64,000 nucleotides of DNA from Macrostomum lignano (taxonomy: Eukaryota): contig NIVC01000241.1 in the NCBI GenBank assembly GCA_002269645.1, positions 1-64,000 on the forward strand. Reading direction: 5' to 3'. The notes beneath the pieces were generated by a model, which saw only the letters and a program-made list of their open reading frames with translations, was not told the DNA's origin and searched no databases. Within the stretch, counting starts at the first letter, position 1, and each line of letters opens with the position of its first letter. This document shows, one piece after another, positions 63,352 to 64,000 of the stretch. Both the position numbers and the translations under genes were made by a program.

Positions 63352-64000
63352 GGGACGAGATTGAATGTAGACAACCAAGTGGACAAGATTGAGTGTACGA
63401 AACTCACGGCACGAGTTTTGGATGTACGCAACCCAGGGGACGAGATTGGATATAGGCAACCCAAGGGACGAGATTGAATTTAGGCAACCCAAGGGACGAG
63501 TTTTGGATGTACGCAACCCAGGGGACGAGATTGAATATAGGCAACCCAAGGGACGAGATTGAATTTAGGCAACCCAAGGGACAAGATTGGATGTAGGCAA
63601 CCCAATTGACGAGACTGAGTGTACGCAACCAAAGGGACGAGATTGAATTTAGGCAATCCAAGATACGAGATTTAATGTACGCAACCCAAGGACGAGTTTT
63701 GAATGTACGCAACCCAGGGGACGAGATTGAATGTAGACAACCCAAGGGACGAGATTGAATTTAGGCAACCCAAGGGACGAGATTGGATGTAGGCAACCCA
63801 AGGGACGAGATTGAATTTAGGCAACCCAACGGACGAGATTGGATGTAGGCAACCCAAGGGACGAGATTGGATGTAGGCAACCCAATGGACGAGACTGAGT
63901 GTACGCAACCAAAGGGACGAGATTGAATTTAGACAATCCAAGGGACGAGATTGGATGTAGGCAACCCAAGGGACGAGATTGAATTTAGGCAACCCAAGGG
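63352..64000. repeat. 28-bp minisatellite (GGGACGAGATTGAATTTAGGCAACCCAA), runs off the window end
   Basis: About 23 degenerate copies. Confidence 0.92.

Overview
Animal genomic DNA with spliceosomal GT-AG introns and no prokaryotic features. The TTAGGG repeats and repeat style suggest an invertebrate such as a flatworm, but this is inference only. The sequence carries scattered single-base indel noise typical of a long-read consensus. (1) 1-15617, minus strand: two head-to-tail copies of a 7.9-kb Ty3/Gypsy LTR retrotransposon sharing one central LTR. Each has gag (CCHC), a -1 slippery site GGGAAAC and pol (PR-RT-RH-IN). Each also has a tRNA-Leu PBS that is reiterated, an internal duplicate of the PPT, and a third, non-env ORF downstream of pol with its own GC box and TATA box. 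(2) 15873-19359: a 4-exon, 559-aa Src-family kinase whose activation loop lacks the usual tyrosine. (3) About 19.4-29.3 kb: minisatellites, SINE/MITE-like pieces, and a 1.1-kb Penelope-like insert between two similar compound (AG)n arrays. The insert encodes an intact GIY-YIG nuclease with permuted motif order and carries a minimal type I hammerhead ribozyme. (4) 29.5 kb to the end: the 5' two-thirds of a PDE4/dunce-type phosphodiesterase gene. It has at least eight candidate alternative first coding exons, all ending in phase 2, plus a Cys-rich internal-start isoform. Many of its introns begin with a tandem repeat array just after the donor site.
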